A DNA stretch of 64,000 nt from Candidatus Latescibacterota bacterium (GCA_965204745.1 OZ242010.1:1120001-1184000), one strand, 5' to 3'; positions 37,287 to 50,096 are shown, numbered from the stretch's first letter. Made by a program: numbers and translations. Notes: generated by a model from the sequence alone, not told the origin.

Positions 37287-38371
37287 TGTATGTTTCATCA
37301 CTTAAACTCACCAATTTCCGAAACTTCGATCAGGCCGAGTTTGCGTTTGATAAAGCAAAAACGGCGATTTGGGCAGATAATGCCCGCGGCAAATCAAATG
37401 TTTTAGAAGCGTTGTATTTTTTGGCACTGGCGAAATCGGGTCGCGGTGCCAGAGATCGAGATGTGCTCAAGTGGGGTGCGGATTATTTCGTGATTGAAGC
37501 CCATATTGAGCGCGAAGATCATCCCCTTTCCATTCGCATTGCCTACGATCCCCGCGTTGGTAAGAAACAAGCCTTTCTCGCAGAAACTCCTCTCTCCCGC
37601 CTCGCAGATCTCATCGGCGCATTCAACGCTGTTCTGTTCTCTCCTGAAGATGTTGACCTCGTACTACGCGAACCCGCTCAGCGCCGTCGCATTTTAGATA
37701 TTCTCGTTTCGCAATCAAGCGCGTCCTATTTGGCTGATTTAGAAGGGTATCAGCGCGTTTTGGCACAACGCAATCGGTTGTTGAAAGATCGCAGTTCCGC
37801 GTTGCTATCGCATCCAGAACAAGTTGAACCCTGGAATGAACAGTTGGCCGAGTTAGGGGCGCGCATCGTTTCTCGGCGTCTCGAAGCACTCGATGATATT
37901 CAGCCTCTTTTGGCCGAATATTATCAGGCCATTGCCCCCATGTCGGAAAAAATGCAAGCGAGTTATCGCAGTCCCATATCTATGGAAACACGGGACCGGG
38001 GTCGAGATATTCTCTTTGAAGCATTGACGACTCGGTTGCCACAAGAAGTTGAACTGCGATATACGCTTACAGGGCCACATCGCGACAATTTGATTTTCGC
38101 TCTCGACGGCAAGGCCGCACATCAATTCGCGTCTAAAGGGCAACTGAAGACGGTTCTGCTTTCTTGGAAGTTGTCTGAAGCCACTTTTTTGGAGCGACAG
38201 ACCGGGTGGCGTCCCGTGTTGCTGATGGACGATGTGTTTTCAGAACTCGATCCAAAACGCGCACGAGCGGTGTTGAATATGATTCCCGATTTTGGGCAGG
38301 TGGTGGTGACTTCAGCTCGCGATCCGGATTTGGATTTTGAAGCGCACGGGTTTCGGATGTTGGGGTTGTGA
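37283..38371 (+). CDS. recF: DNA replication/repair protein RecF
   Basis: NFRN, N..GKSN.LEA, FSPED, GPHRD, SKGQ, LLMDDVFSELD. Confidence 0.95.
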   Translation: MMYVSSLKLTNFRNFDQAEFAFDKAKTAIWADNARGKSNVLEALYFLALAKSGRGARDRDVLKWGADYFVIEAHIEREDHPLSIRIAYDPRVGKKQAFLAETPLSRLADLIGAFNAVLFSPEDVDLVLREPAQRRRILDILVSQSSASYLADLEGYQRVLAQRNRLLKDRSSALLSHPEQVEPWNEQLAELGARIVSRRLEALDDIQPLLAEYYQAIAPMSEKMQASYRSPISMETRDRGRDILFEALTTRLPQEVELRYTLTGPHRDNLIFALDGKAAHQFASKGQLKTVLLSWKLSEATFLERQTGWRPVLLMDDVFSELDPKRARAVLNMIPDFGQVVVTSARDPDLDFEAHGFRMLGL

Positions 38372-38445
38372 TGGTTTGCATTCATTCTTTGTCGTTGCGA
38401 TTGACGTCGAGAAAAGCCAGTTTTGCCGGCGAGTGAGAGATTGCT

Positions 38446-38826
38446 ATGGATGCTGAGACGGATAGGCGAAAGAGTGGCGTTTATAGGCATCGGACGAGAG
38501 GTGCGGCATCCGGTCCCATTTCCGTTGGGAATGCCATTCGCCAAGTGGTGGATAGCTTGGGGATGACAGGACGGTTGAGAGAACAAAGGGTGTTGTCGTT
38601 GTGGGAAGAGGTCGTGGGTGAAGAGGTTGCCGCTGTCACCCAAGTTGAGGGTTTTTACTACGGATCGCCTCGAAATCGGCAATACAAAATTCCTCGGGGG
38701 CAATTGGTCGTTTCGGTAAAAAATTCCACATGGCGGCATTGGTTGAGCTTTCAACGAGAGACCATAAGGCAGAATTTGAACCGCGCAGTTGGAGGCGAGG
38801 TCGTCCAAATGATCAGGTTGCGGTAG
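38446..38826 (+). CDS. DUF721/DciA family protein
   Basis: W..VVG..VA..T, L.V.V.NSTW...L; lies between recF and gyrB. Confidence 0.8.
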   Translation: MDAETDRRKSGVYRHRTRGAASGPISVGNAIRQVVDSLGMTGRLREQRVLSLWEEVVGEEVAAVTQVEGFYYGSPRNRQYKIPRGQLVVSVKNSTWRHWLSFQRETIRQNLNRAVGGEVVQMIRLR

Positions 38827-38905
38827 CAAAACCAAGACCCGTGCGAAAAATGGTTTAAGTCAGTCGTTCCCCTATCAATCCCCTCAGATCATTTCGTTCA
38901 AATAG

Positions 38906-40849
<1,944 letters not shown>

Positions 40850-40874
40850 TAAATGCAATGGAGAAGATGAGACG

Positions 40875-43388
40875 ATGATGGAACGTTCGCGGGTGATTCC
40901 GGTCGAGATCGGCGATGAGTTGAAGAAGTCGATGCTCGATTATTCGATGAGTACGTTGGTCAATCGCGCCTTGCCAGATGTGCGCGATGGTATGAAGCCA
41001 TCGCAAAGACGCATTTTGGTGGCGATGAATGACCTCGGCTTGGGGGCCAACCGGCAACATCGAAAATGCGCGCATATCGCCGGGCATACCTCGGGCAATT
41101 ATCATCCGCACGGCGAAGATATCGTCTATCCGACGCTGGTGCATTTGGCGCAGGATTTTAAGTTGCGCTATCCGCTCGTGGATGGGCAGGGCAATTTTGG
41201 GTCTATTGACGGCTATCCCCCTGCGGCGATGCGTTATACAGAAGCGCGTATGGCAGGGCCTGGGCAGGAGATGTTGAACGATATCGACAAGGAGACCGTG
41301 GATTACCGGCCCAATTACGACGAGCGGTTGCAAGAACCCGTGTTTTTGCCCTCTGCGTTTCCCAATATGGTTTGCAATGGCGCGGTGGGGATTGCGACGA
41401 CGATGGCGACTGCGATTCCGCCGCACAATTTGCGCGAGGTTGTCGACGCGCTCGTGGCGTTGATCGACAATTCCGAGTTGGATGTTGACGGGCTGATGGC
41501 CTATATCAAGGCACCGGATTTTCCAACCGGCGGCATTATCTACGGTTTGAGTGGTGTTTTGGACGCCTATCGCACCGGGCGCGGGCATCTGCGGATTCGC
41601 GCAAAAGCCGCTGTCGAAGAAGACAAAGGCGGGCGGGAGACCATTATCATCACCGAAATTCCCTATATGGTGAACAAGACCACGATGTTGGAGAAGATGG
41701 CGGATATGGTGCGCGAAAAGCGCATTGAGGGGATTTCGAATATCCAGGACGAATCTGACCGCGATGGGCTACGCATTGTGGTGGAACTCAAGCGCGATGC
41801 CGTGGGCGATGTGGTTTTGAATCAACTGTACAAAAACACGCAGTTGGAATCGACTTTTGCGGCCAATATGGTCGCGCTGGTCAATGGCCGGCCGCAGCAG
41901 GTGAACCTGAAGCAGATGTTGCGGTGTTATGTGGATCATCGCCACGAGGTGGTGAAGCGGCGCACGGAATACGAACTTCGGGTGGCTGAAGACCGCGCCC
42001 ATATCTTGGCGGGGTTGAAGGTCGCGCTGGACAATATCGCCGAGGTGGTCCTGATTATCCGAGGGTCGCGCGATCCCAATAACGCGCGTCGCCTGTTGCG
42101 GACGCAACTCGATTTGTCTGACCGCCAAGCACGAGCCATTTTGGCGATGACGTTGCAGCGGTTGACCAACCTGGAGCAACAAAAGATAGAAGACGAGTAT
42201 GCCGCGCTGATGAAAGAGATCGACCGGTTGCGCGGGATTTTGGACAGCCGCGAATGGCGGATGAAGATCGTCAAGGAAGAACTGGGCGTGATGCGCGAAA
42301 AGTACGGCGATGACCGGCGATCCGAAACCGTGATGTCCGCCCATGAGTTCAATATTGAGGATTTGATCGCCGAAGAAGATATGGTGATTACGATTTCGCA
42401 CAGCGGGTATATCAAGCGCATGCCGGTTTCGACCTATCGGGCGCAAAACCGGGGTGGCCGCGGAATTACGGGGATGCGAACAAAGGATGAAGATTTTGTC
42501 GAAAGTTTGTTCGTGGCTTCCACGCACAGTTATGTCCTCGTGTTGACAGATCGGGGGCATTGCGTGTGGTTAAAGGTGCATGAGATTCCGCAAGGCACGC
42601 GGCAGGCGCGCGGTCGGCCCATCGTCAATGTGGTGGAGATTCCCGAAGGGCACAAGGTGGCCGAGGTGGTGCCGGTGCGCGAGTTTGACGAAGATCACTA
42701 TTTGTTGTCCGCAACCCAAAAGGGTCAGGTTAAAAAGACCGCCCTGTCGGCTTATGGTCGCCCGCGCAAGGGGGGCATTATTGCGATGAATGTGCAGGAA
42801 GACGATCAGTTGATCAAGGCCGCGATTACATCGGGTAATGACGAAGTGATCATCGCCACAAAGCGCGGACAGGCCGTGCGCTTTGAAGAGAACAAGGTGC
42901 GGGCGATGGGGCGCAACTCGCGGGGTGTGCGCGGGGTGTCTCTGCAAGGAGATGATGTGGTTGTGGGGATGGTGGTGGTTCAGGCCGAGGAGGTTTTGTT
43001 GACGGTGTGCGCCCATGGGTATGGCAAGCGCACGCCGGTTTCGGATTATCGCCTGACGAACCGAGGCGGCAAAGGCGTGATCAATATCAAGACCACGGAC
43101 CGCAATGGCCCCGTGGTTTCGGTGATGTGTGTGAAGGCCGATGACGATGTGGTGATCGTGACGCAGAACGGCATCTTGATCCGGCAGGAGGTCAAGGGCG
43201 TGAGCGTGATCGGACGCAATACCCAAGGCGTGCGTTTGATCAATTTGGATGAGGGCGATCAGGTGATCGGCGTTGCACTGGTGGTCAACCAAGATGAAGA
43301 GGAAAAGGATCAAGCGGACGATGAAACAGCGATAGATGAACGCACACCCTCAACAGTAAGTGGCAATGGACGTCATGACTTGGCGTAG
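40875..43388 (+). CDS. gyrA: DNA gyrase subunit A
   Basis: RALPDVRDG, YHPHG, AAMRYTEAR, GyrA-box QNRGGRG, C-terminal beta-pinwheel repeats. Confidence 0.97.
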   Translation: MMERSRVIPVEIGDELKKSMLDYSMSTLVNRALPDVRDGMKPSQRRILVAMNDLGLGANRQHRKCAHIAGHTSGNYHPHGEDIVYPTLVHLAQDFKLRYPLVDGQGNFGSIDGYPPAAMRYTEARMAGPGQEMLNDIDKETVDYRPNYDERLQEPVFLPSAFPNMVCNGAVGIATTMATAIPPHNLREVVDALVALIDNSELDVDGLMAYIKAPDFPTGGIIYGLSGVLDAYRTGRGHLRIRAKAAVEEDKGGRETIIITEIPYMVNKTTMLEKMADMVREKRIEGISNIQDESDRDGLRIVVELKRDAVGDVVLNQLYKNTQLESTFAANMVALVNGRPQQVNLKQMLRCYVDHRHEVVKRRTEYELRVAEDRAHILAGLKVALDNIAEVVLIIRGSRDPNNARRLLRTQLDLSDRQARAILAMTLQRLTNLEQQKIEDEYAALMKEIDRLRGILDSREWRMKIVKEELGVMREKYGDDRRSETVMSAHEFNIEDLIAEEDMVITISHSGYIKRMPVSTYRAQNRGGRGITGMRTKDEDFVESLFVASTHSYVLVLTDRGHCVWLKVHEIPQGTRQARGRPIVNVVEIPEGHKVAEVVPVREFDEDHYLLSATQKGQVKKTALSAYGRPRKGGIIAMNVQEDDQLIKAAITSGNDEVIIATKRGQAVRFEENKVRAMGRNSRGVRGVSLQGDDVVVGMVVVQAEEVLLTVCAHGYGKRTPVSDYRLTNRGGKGVINIKTTDRNGPVVSVMCVKADDDVVIVTQNGILIRQEVKGVSVIGRNTQGVRLINLDEGDQVIGVALVVNQDEEEKDQADDETAIDERTPSTVSGNGRHDLA

Positions 43389-43569
43389 GTTTTTAAGCTC
43401 AAATTGTCAGTTGATTGAGAAGCGTTTTCAAGAACAAACTACCGGCGGTGCGATTCTCGCCGAATATATTCCCGCATTTGAGGAGATGCCACAGAACATT
43501 GCCGAAGATAGAATCTCTTCGGCAATGTATTTGCAACTTAATCCGTTTGGTCTTTCTTAGGAGGAGAAC

Positions 43570-43650
43570 ATGGCGAAGGAGAAGTTTGAATGGGACAAAT
43601 CCCATGTCAATATCAGCATCCTCAAGGGGGTTGCCAATCGCATGAAGTGA
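43570..43650 (+). pseudogene. EF-Tu N-terminus-like micro-ORF or relic
   Basis: GAGGAG RBS then MAKEKFEWDKSHVNISILKGVANRMK*, compared with EF-Tu MAKEKFER.KPHVNIG. Confidence 0.6.
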
Positions 43651-43746
43651 ATCCCCAGATGTAGAAAATGTCGATGAACTTGCAATATCCATCCCGTTAT
43701 TACGAATGAACTGCTAGCGCAGTTGCACACCACTTGGAGGCGTCCC

Positions 43747-45666
43747 ATGTTTGGAGCAAAATTCCGAAGAAGATTTGCCATTTTTACAACTTTAGTTGGC
43801 GTTTTGAGCGTGTATCTCGTGCTCGATTCCCAGTTGGTGACCGGCGAAGATGCGTATGCACAATTGGGCCGGGGGTTTGATGAGATCAAAGAAGCGTACG
43901 GCCTGCTCTACAACGAGTATGTCAATGAGCTTAAGCCAGAGGATTTGAGCAAGGCGGCCATTTCCGGCATGTTGTGGGATTTGGATCCCTATACCACTTT
44001 GTTCGACCGCAGAGATCTCGATCAGCTTCGGATTGATACGCAGGGCAAGTTTGGCGGGCTGGGCATTACCATCAGCAAGCGCGGAAAGGACAATGGCCCC
44101 CCGGTCGTGATGAGTGTGATTGAAGGCACGCCCGCGGATACTTCGGGTCTGGTTGTGGGAGACCGAATCATCGGCATTGATGGAGATCCCACGTTTGACA
44201 AGAAACTGACCGAAATCGTCGGTGTTTTGCGAGGGGATGAAGGTGCGGGTGTAACCATTCAAATTGAACGGCCGGGCATGGCAGAACCATTTGACCAACC
44301 GATTATCCGGGCGCGCATCGACATACCCAGCGTGCAAATCCCGGGCGAAGTCGATCCGGATATCGGTTATATCTCCCTGTCGTGGCTCAACCAGTCCAGA
44401 TTTACCGAACGCACAGAGAGCGAGTTGGCGCGGGCATTGGTCGCCTTGCTCGATGACGGGGCCACGGGGATCGTCGTCGATTTGCGCGGCAATCCGGGTG
44501 GGTTGCTCAAATCAGCCGTCGATGTGGTCGATAAGTTTTTGCCGCCCGATCTGCTGGTCGTGTCAACCAAAGGTCGGCAGTCGGATCAAAATCGCAGTCA
44601 CAAAACCCGGCGAGAGCCCGTGTTGCCCGCGGATATACCATTGGTGATTTTGGTGGATGAGCGCAGTGCAAGTGCCTCGGAGATCGTCGCGGGCGCGATT
44701 CAGGATTGGGACAGGGGGTTGATCGTAGGCGCGCAAACATTTGGAAAGGGGTCAGTCCAAACCGTGCGCCAACTGGGTCAGCAGGCCCAGAAGGCGTTGA
44801 AGTTGACGACAGCGGCTTATTACACGCCGAGCGGGCGCAGTATTCACAATGCGGAAAAACGCCGGTATCGCGGCGGTCCCATCGAACTTACTGTGGGCGA
44901 TTCCATACGGGTTTCGGCTTATGAATTGTTGAGCATTATCGGTCAGGCCGACCGGCGCGAAGATGCGGTTACGGAGCTCATCAACCGATTTGATCTGGAT
45001 GCGGATTTGACCGATGAAGTGCTCGAGATGCGGTTGGAACGATTGCTGGGGTTGGCTTCCAAAGAACACGATGGGCCTGGAGATGCGGATACCTCAAAGG
45101 TCTTTACGACGCTCCTGAACAAGCGCAAGGTTTATGGCGGCGGCGGGATTAAGCCCGATGTGGTGGTCGAGCAAGAGCGCAAGCCACGACTGGTGGTGGA
45201 GGTGTTACGCAAGGGGTTGGTGTTTGATTTTGCGGTCGATTTTGCAACGATGCAATCATTCCCCAACCGGTTTGAAGACTACGCATTGCCCAAAGATATC
45301 GTCGATCAATTCTGGACGTTTGTAGCAGATTCGGCTAATGCCAATGGCTTTGCGTACAAAACAAGCACGGAGATTCAGGTGCAAGAACTCAAACAATCCC
45401 TCAAAGAGAAAGATGTGTTGACAGACGACGATACCGCGGCCCTCGGTCAGTTGTCGCAGGTTGCAGAGCGCGAGCGCGTCGCCGATTACAACAAGGCCGA
45501 GCCGTATATCCGGCTGGAGATCGAACGGGCATTGGCAAATCGGGTGTGGGGTACCAAGGGCAAAATTTTGGCGGCTCTGAAGGGGGACAAGCAGTTTCAG
45601 GAGGCCGTGCGTCTGTTAAAGGATCGGGCGGTCTATGATCGCAAATTGGCGTTGGTGGAAGAGTGA
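43747..45666 (+). CDS. S41 C-terminal processing peptidase (CtpA/Prc)
   Basis: LDPYT, GLGI (PDZ), DLRGNPGGLL, SASASEIVAGA.QD, TFGKGSVQ, GGGIKPD. Confidence 0.93.
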   Translation: MFGAKFRRRFAIFTTLVGVLSVYLVLDSQLVTGEDAYAQLGRGFDEIKEAYGLLYNEYVNELKPEDLSKAAISGMLWDLDPYTTLFDRRDLDQLRIDTQGKFGGLGITISKRGKDNGPPVVMSVIEGTPADTSGLVVGDRIIGIDGDPTFDKKLTEIVGVLRGDEGAGVTIQIERPGMAEPFDQPIIRARIDIPSVQIPGEVDPDIGYISLSWLNQSRFTERTESELARALVALLDDGATGIVVDLRGNPGGLLKSAVDVVDKFLPPDLLVVSTKGRQSDQNRSHKTRREPVLPADIPLVILVDERSASASEIVAGAIQDWDRGLIVGAQTFGKGSVQTVRQLGQQAQKALKLTTAAYYTPSGRSIHNAEKRRYRGGPIELTVGDSIRVSAYELLSIIGQADRREDAVTELINRFDLDADLTDEVLEMRLERLLGLASKEHDGPGDADTSKVFTTLLNKRKVYGGGGIKPDVVVEQERKPRLVVEVLRKGLVFDFAVDFATMQSFPNRFEDYALPKDIVDQFWTFVADSANANGFAYKTSTEIQVQELKQSLKEKDVLTDDDTAALGQLSQVAERERVADYNKAEPYIRLEIERALANRVWGTKGKILAALKGDKQFQEAVRLLKDRAVYDRKLALVEE

Positions 45667-45850
45667 CACAAAATGGTTGATTGTTGTACTTTGCTGTTTC
45701 ATCCCAGGCTGTGGCCCGGTGGGATGTGTGATCCCAGCATTGGGTTGGGGAGCAGGAACAAGTATTACCAAAGCCATTATTGGCGCACTTATTACGCTAG
45801 CGGGTGTCTTCGAATTGGGACGCTGGACAAAAAAGTAAGGGAAATTTTTG

Positions 45851-47143
45851 ATGCCTTCTCCTAATATCATCTTTATTCTGTGTGACGATATCGGCTATGG
45901 CGATCTGGGGTGTTATGGGCAACAGGTTATCCCCACGCCCCGATTGGATCAACTCGCATCCGAGTCGATGCGGTTCACGCAGTGTTATACCGGGTCTTCA
46001 ATTTGCGCGCCTTCTCGGTCCGTGTTGATGACGGGGTTGCACAGTGGGCACACGAGGGTGCGCGACAATTTTGGCATTGTGGGCGGGGTGGGCGATCAGA
46101 AACGGGTGCCGCTCGAGCCGGAAGATTTTACGGTTGCGGAGATGCTCAAGGAGGTGGGCTATGCCACGGGCATAACCGGCAAATGGGGGTTGGGTGAACC
46201 CGATACAACGGGTATTCCCACGCGCAAGGGGTTTGATGAATGGTTTGGCTATCTCAACCAGCGCAACGCGCATACGTACTATCCGCCTTATTTGTGGCAC
46301 AATGAGGAGAAGGTCGTGCTCGAAGGCAATCGGGATGGGCGGCAGGGCGATTATTCCCACGATATGATTTTTGACTTTGCCTGCGACTTTATTCGCAAAA
46401 ACAGCGATGGGCCGTTCTTTTTGTATTTGCCGTGGACATTGCCGCATGGTCGATACGAGATTCCCGACGCCAGTGCATGGGATGAGAAGCCTTGGACGGA
46501 TGACGAGAAAGTCTATGCGGCGATGATTACAAAAATTGATACGCAGGTCGGGCAAATTGTCGATTTGTTGCGCGAATTGGCGATTGCGGATCAGACGCTT
46601 TTGTTTTTTGGCTCGGACCACGGTGCGGCCCGCCGATGGGCGGCGTTTGATAGTTGTGGTGATTTGCGCGGGCAAAAGGGGACGATGTACGAGGGCGGGT
46701 TGCGTACTCCGATGATCGCGCATTGGCCCGGTCGCATTCCCGCAGGCACGGTGAGCGATGCGGTGTGGTATTACGCGGATTTTTTGCCTACGGTTGCAGA
46801 GGTGGTCGGCGTGGATGCGCCGGATGATGTGGATGGGGTGAGCATTCTGCCGGTGCTTTTGGGTGAATCGCGGGATGTCGGCGAACGCTTTTTGTACTGG
46901 GAGCGTTTTGGCGGGGGCTTCAAACAAGCCGTGCGCTGGAAGAATTGGAAGGCGGTACGCAATTCGTCGCCCAAGTTGCTCGACGAACCGCTCGAGTTAT
47001 ACGATTTGGACAACGATATAGGCGAGGAAAACGATGTCGCCAAGGCATACCCAGATGTGATCGCCGAGATTGAACACTTTATGAAAGATGCACGCACGGA
47101 TTCCCATAACTGGCCTATCGGCGTGAAGGGATCTCATGCGTGA
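45851..47143 (+). CDS. Arylsulfatase family protein
   Basis: PNIIFILCDDIGYGD, CAPSRSVLMTG, GKWGLG, KGTMYEGG.R.P. Confidence 0.92.
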   Translation: MPSPNIIFILCDDIGYGDLGCYGQQVIPTPRLDQLASESMRFTQCYTGSSICAPSRSVLMTGLHSGHTRVRDNFGIVGGVGDQKRVPLEPEDFTVAEMLKEVGYATGITGKWGLGEPDTTGIPTRKGFDEWFGYLNQRNAHTYYPPYLWHNEEKVVLEGNRDGRQGDYSHDMIFDFACDFIRKNSDGPFFLYLPWTLPHGRYEIPDASAWDEKPWTDDEKVYAAMITKIDTQVGQIVDLLRELAIADQTLLFFGSDHGAARRWAAFDSCGDLRGQKGTMYEGGLRTPMIAHWPGRIPAGTVSDAVWYYADFLPTVAEVVGVDAPDDVDGVSILPVLLGESRDVGERFLYWERFGGGFKQAVRWKNWKAVRNSSPKLLDEPLELYDLDNDIGEENDVAKAYPDVIAEIEHFMKDARTDSHNWPIGVKGSHA

Positions 47144-47165
47144 TTTCTTTCATCTTTATGCACTG

Positions 47166-47198
47166 AAAGGGCGAGTCGAAAAGGCTCGCCCTTTTTTT
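47166..47198. terminator. Bidirectional intrinsic terminator
   Basis: aaagggcgag..ctcgcccttttttt between convergent genes. Confidence 0.75.
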
Positions 47199-48429
47199 AT
47201 AGTAAAATGCCAGCGACGCAAGCGGTCATCATCATGGCGAGGGTGCCGCCGATCATGGCGCGCATGCCGAGGAGGGCCAATTCCGCACGGCGTTCTGGGG
47301 CAATGCCGCCGATGCCGCCGATTTGAATGCCCACGCTGCCGAAGTTGGCAAAGCCGCACAGGGCGTAGGTCAATATCAAGGTGCTGCGCTCGGTCAAGAC
47401 CACCCCGGAATCGGGTTGCGCCCATGCCATCATTTGCGCGTACGCGATAAATTCGTTGAGCACCATTTTTTTTCCAAGCAATTCGCCGGCATACAGGCAA
47501 TCGGCCCAGGGGATGCCGAGTAGATAGGCAAATGGCGCGAAGACATAGCCGAAAATTGCGGACAAAGACCAGGTCCAGTTGTAGCCAAGAAGCGCGCCGA
47601 TCCACTCGCCAATCAGGCCCAGGGTGGCGTCAATCAGCGCGACGAGGCCGAGAAAGGCGATGAGCATCGCGACGACATTTAAGGTCAATTTCATGCCGTC
47701 TAAGGCCCCGCCCGTTGCAGCATCTACGATGTTGCTGTGTTTTTCCTCAACCGCCAATTCCACCTGTCCCAGGGTCATGGATTGCTCGGTTTCGGGTATC
47801 ATCAGTTTGGAAATCAGTAATGCCGCGGGGGCAGAGATGACCGATGCAGATAGCAGATGCCCCGCGTCAATGCCCATGCTGGCATAGGCGGCTAGGACCC
47901 CGCCGGCAATGGTCGCAAAGCCCCCGACCATCAAGGCCATGAGTTCCGATTTTGTCATGTTGCTGATGTACGGGCGCACCATCAGCGGGGCTTCGGTTTG
48001 GCCGACAAAGATATTGGCTACTGCGGAGAGGGTTTCGGATCCCGACGTTCCCAATGTGCGTTGCATGACCCAGGCAAATGCTTCGACGACTTTTTGAACG
48101 ATGCCCAGGTAGTAGAGAATGGACATCAAGGACGAGAAAAAGATGATGGTGGGCAAGACTTTGAACGCGAAGAAATGGTGGACGTATTCTTCGCCGAAAA
48201 CCAGACTCGTGCCCGCATCGACAAATCCCAAAATAGCAGTGAAAAAGTCGCCGATGCTTTGAAATATCGCCGTGCCAATAGAGGTTTTCAAAATGAATAC
48301 CGCGAGGATGAATTGCAACAACAGGCCGCCCCAGACCACGCGGAAGCGCACCTGTTTTTTGTGCTGGCTCATCGCCCATGCCAACCCCATCATGACCACC
48401 AGCCCCACCAGACTGATTGCGCGCTCCAT
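47197..48429 (-). CDS. NupC-family concentrative nucleoside transporter
   Basis: VLPTIIFFS, NIFVGQTEAP, GFATIAG, NEFIAY, LCGFANFGS. Confidence 0.93.
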   Translation of the reverse strand: MERAISLVGLVVMMGLAWAMSQHKKQVRFRVVWGGLLLQFILAVFILKTSIGTAIFQSIGDFFTAILGFVDAGTSLVFGEEYVHHFFAFKVLPTIIFFSSLMSILYYLGIVQKVVEAFAWVMQRTLGTSGSETLSAVANIFVGQTEAPLMVRPYISNMTKSELMALMVGGFATIAGGVLAAYASMGIDAGHLLSASVISAPAALLISKLMIPETEQSMTLGQVELAVEEKHSNIVDAATGGALDGMKLTLNVVAMLIAFLGLVALIDATLGLIGEWIGALLGYNWTWSLSAIFGYVFAPFAYLLGIPWADCLYAGELLGKKMVLNEFIAYAQMMAWAQPDSGVVLTERSTLILTYALCGFANFGSVGIQIGGIGGIAPERRAELALLGMRAMIGGTLAMMMTACVAGILL

Positions 48430-48541
48430 AGATCCTCCCTTAACGGTTGCGAATAGTTGTCAATGCTCGTAGATTGGTTCAAATCATCGCGGCAGAATAT
48501 ACAATAATAACCCTTTGGGAACACAAAAGTTTGGACATAAC

Positions 48542-49201
48542 ATGAAACCCGTGTATCTCACGTTTGATTGTTATGGCACGCTTATCGACTGGAAATCCGG
48601 CGTTTTAAGCGCGCTTCGGGATTATCCGACTGTCGATCCGGATGAGTTTTTTGAGACGTGGTGGCAGGTGGATCGACGGCTGACATGCGATACGGCCTAT
48701 CGGCGGTATCGAGAGGTTCTCGCGCTGGATTTTGCGGAGGCGTTTCAATCCGTTGGCATTGCAATTACCCGCAAAAAAGCCGAATGTCTGGCGGATGGGT
48801 TGGGCGATTGGTCGCCTTTTCCGGATGCACCGGCCGCGCTTGCGGCGTTTAGGCGATTGGGTTTTAAGTTGGGGATTTTGTCGAATATCGACAATGAGTT
48901 GCTCGACCGAAGCGTCGAGCAACTCGGCGTGGATATCGAGGTGCGTATCACGGCGGAAAATATCCGCGCCTACAAACCCGAGACGCGCCACTTTGAAGCC
49001 CTTTTGGAAAGGACGGGACTTCAACCCGCGCAGGTGCTACACATTGCGGCGTCGCGTTTTGTGGATATCGCGCCTGCATCGAGACTCGGGTTTCGCACGA
49101 TGTACGTGCAACGGGCCGAACCGGATGCCGATCACGAGGTCACGCCTGAGTTTACCGTTGAGACGCTGACAGATGCGATTCCAATTCTCGAAAATCTGTG
49201 A
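48542..49201 (+). CDS. HAD-superfamily hydrolase (haloacid dehalogenase type II-like)
   Basis: TFDCYGTLIDW, LSNID, YKP, H.A.S..VDI.PA. Confidence 0.88.
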   Translation: MKPVYLTFDCYGTLIDWKSGVLSALRDYPTVDPDEFFETWWQVDRRLTCDTAYRRYREVLALDFAEAFQSVGIAITRKKAECLADGLGDWSPFPDAPAALAAFRRLGFKLGILSNIDNELLDRSVEQLGVDIEVRITAENIRAYKPETRHFEALLERTGLQPAQVLHIAASRFVDIAPASRLGFRTMYVQRAEPDADHEVTPEFTVETLTDAIPILENL

Positions 49202-49223
49202 ACTTTTGCGAAAGGATGGTGCG

Positions 49224-50096
49224 ATGGGTATTGAAGTCATTCGAGACGAGATGGCCGAATTGGTCGATCCCTCGGCAGAACCCGAATTGGTCGCAGATGG
49301 GTTTCGGTTTACCGAGGGGCCTGTCTGGGATCCTGCGCGAGGGTGTTTGTTTTTTTCCGACATTCCGGCGAATACCATTTTTAGGTGGTCGCCGGAGGCG
49401 GGGGTGGTCGCATATCGCCAGCCGAGTTATCATTCCAATGGGTTGGCGTTGGATGGACAAGGGCGACTGCTTTCGTGCGAACACTCTGGGCGGCGGGTGA
49501 GCATCGAGGTGGATGGCGCGTTGCAGACCTTGGTGGATTCTCATCAGGAGAAAAAGCTCAATTCGCCCAACGATCTCATCGTTTGCCAAAATGGGGATGT
49601 CATTTTTACGGATCCCCCTTATGGTTTGTCGAACAGGCATGGCGTGGCCGCGGAACAGGAGTTGGATTTTTTTGGGGTGTTTCGTCTGCCTGCGGGCGAG
49701 TCAGAACCCATTTTGTTGATCGACGATTTTGAACGCCCCAATGGTTTGGCTCTCACGCCGGATGGGAAGACGCTGTATGTCGATGATACTGCGCGGGGGC
49801 ATATTCGCGCTTTTGAGGTGCGGGCGGATGGTTCTCTGGCACATGGCGCGGTGTTTGCCGAACTGAAAGGCGATGGGGAAGGCGCGCCCGATGGGATGGC
49901 ATTGGATAGCCATGGCAATATTTATTGCACGGGTCCGGGTGCTGTGTGGGTGTTTAACCCTCGGGGCGATCTGCTCGGGAAAATCCAACTGCCTCTTGCC
50001 GCGGCGAATTTGAATTGGGGGGGTGAAGATCGAAAGACGTTGTTTTTTACCGCGCGAACCGATGTTTATCGCGTGCAGTGCAAAGTGGGAGGCTAA
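49224..50096 (+). CDS. SMP-30/gluconolactonase family protein
   Basis: FTEGPVW, FSDIP, LNSPND, FTDPPYG, PNGLA, PDGMALD. Confidence 0.92.
   Translation: MGIEVIRDEMAELVDPSAEPELVADGFRFTEGPVWDPARGCLFFSDIPANTIFRWSPEAGVVAYRQPSYHSNGLALDGQGRLLSCEHSGRRVSIEVDGALQTLVDSHQEKKLNSPNDLIVCQNGDVIFTDPPYGLSNRHGVAAEQELDFFGVFRLPAGESEPILLIDDFERPNGLALTPDGKTLYVDDTARGHIRAFEVRADGSLAHGAVFAELKGDGEGAPDGMALDSHGNIYCTGPGAVWVFNPRGDLLGKIQLPLAAANLNWGGEDRKTLFFTARTDVYRVQCKVGG

Noticed and set aside
43400-43560. Possible glutaminase-like fragment (GGAILAEYIPAF)
   Set aside because: The similarity is too short to support without a search.
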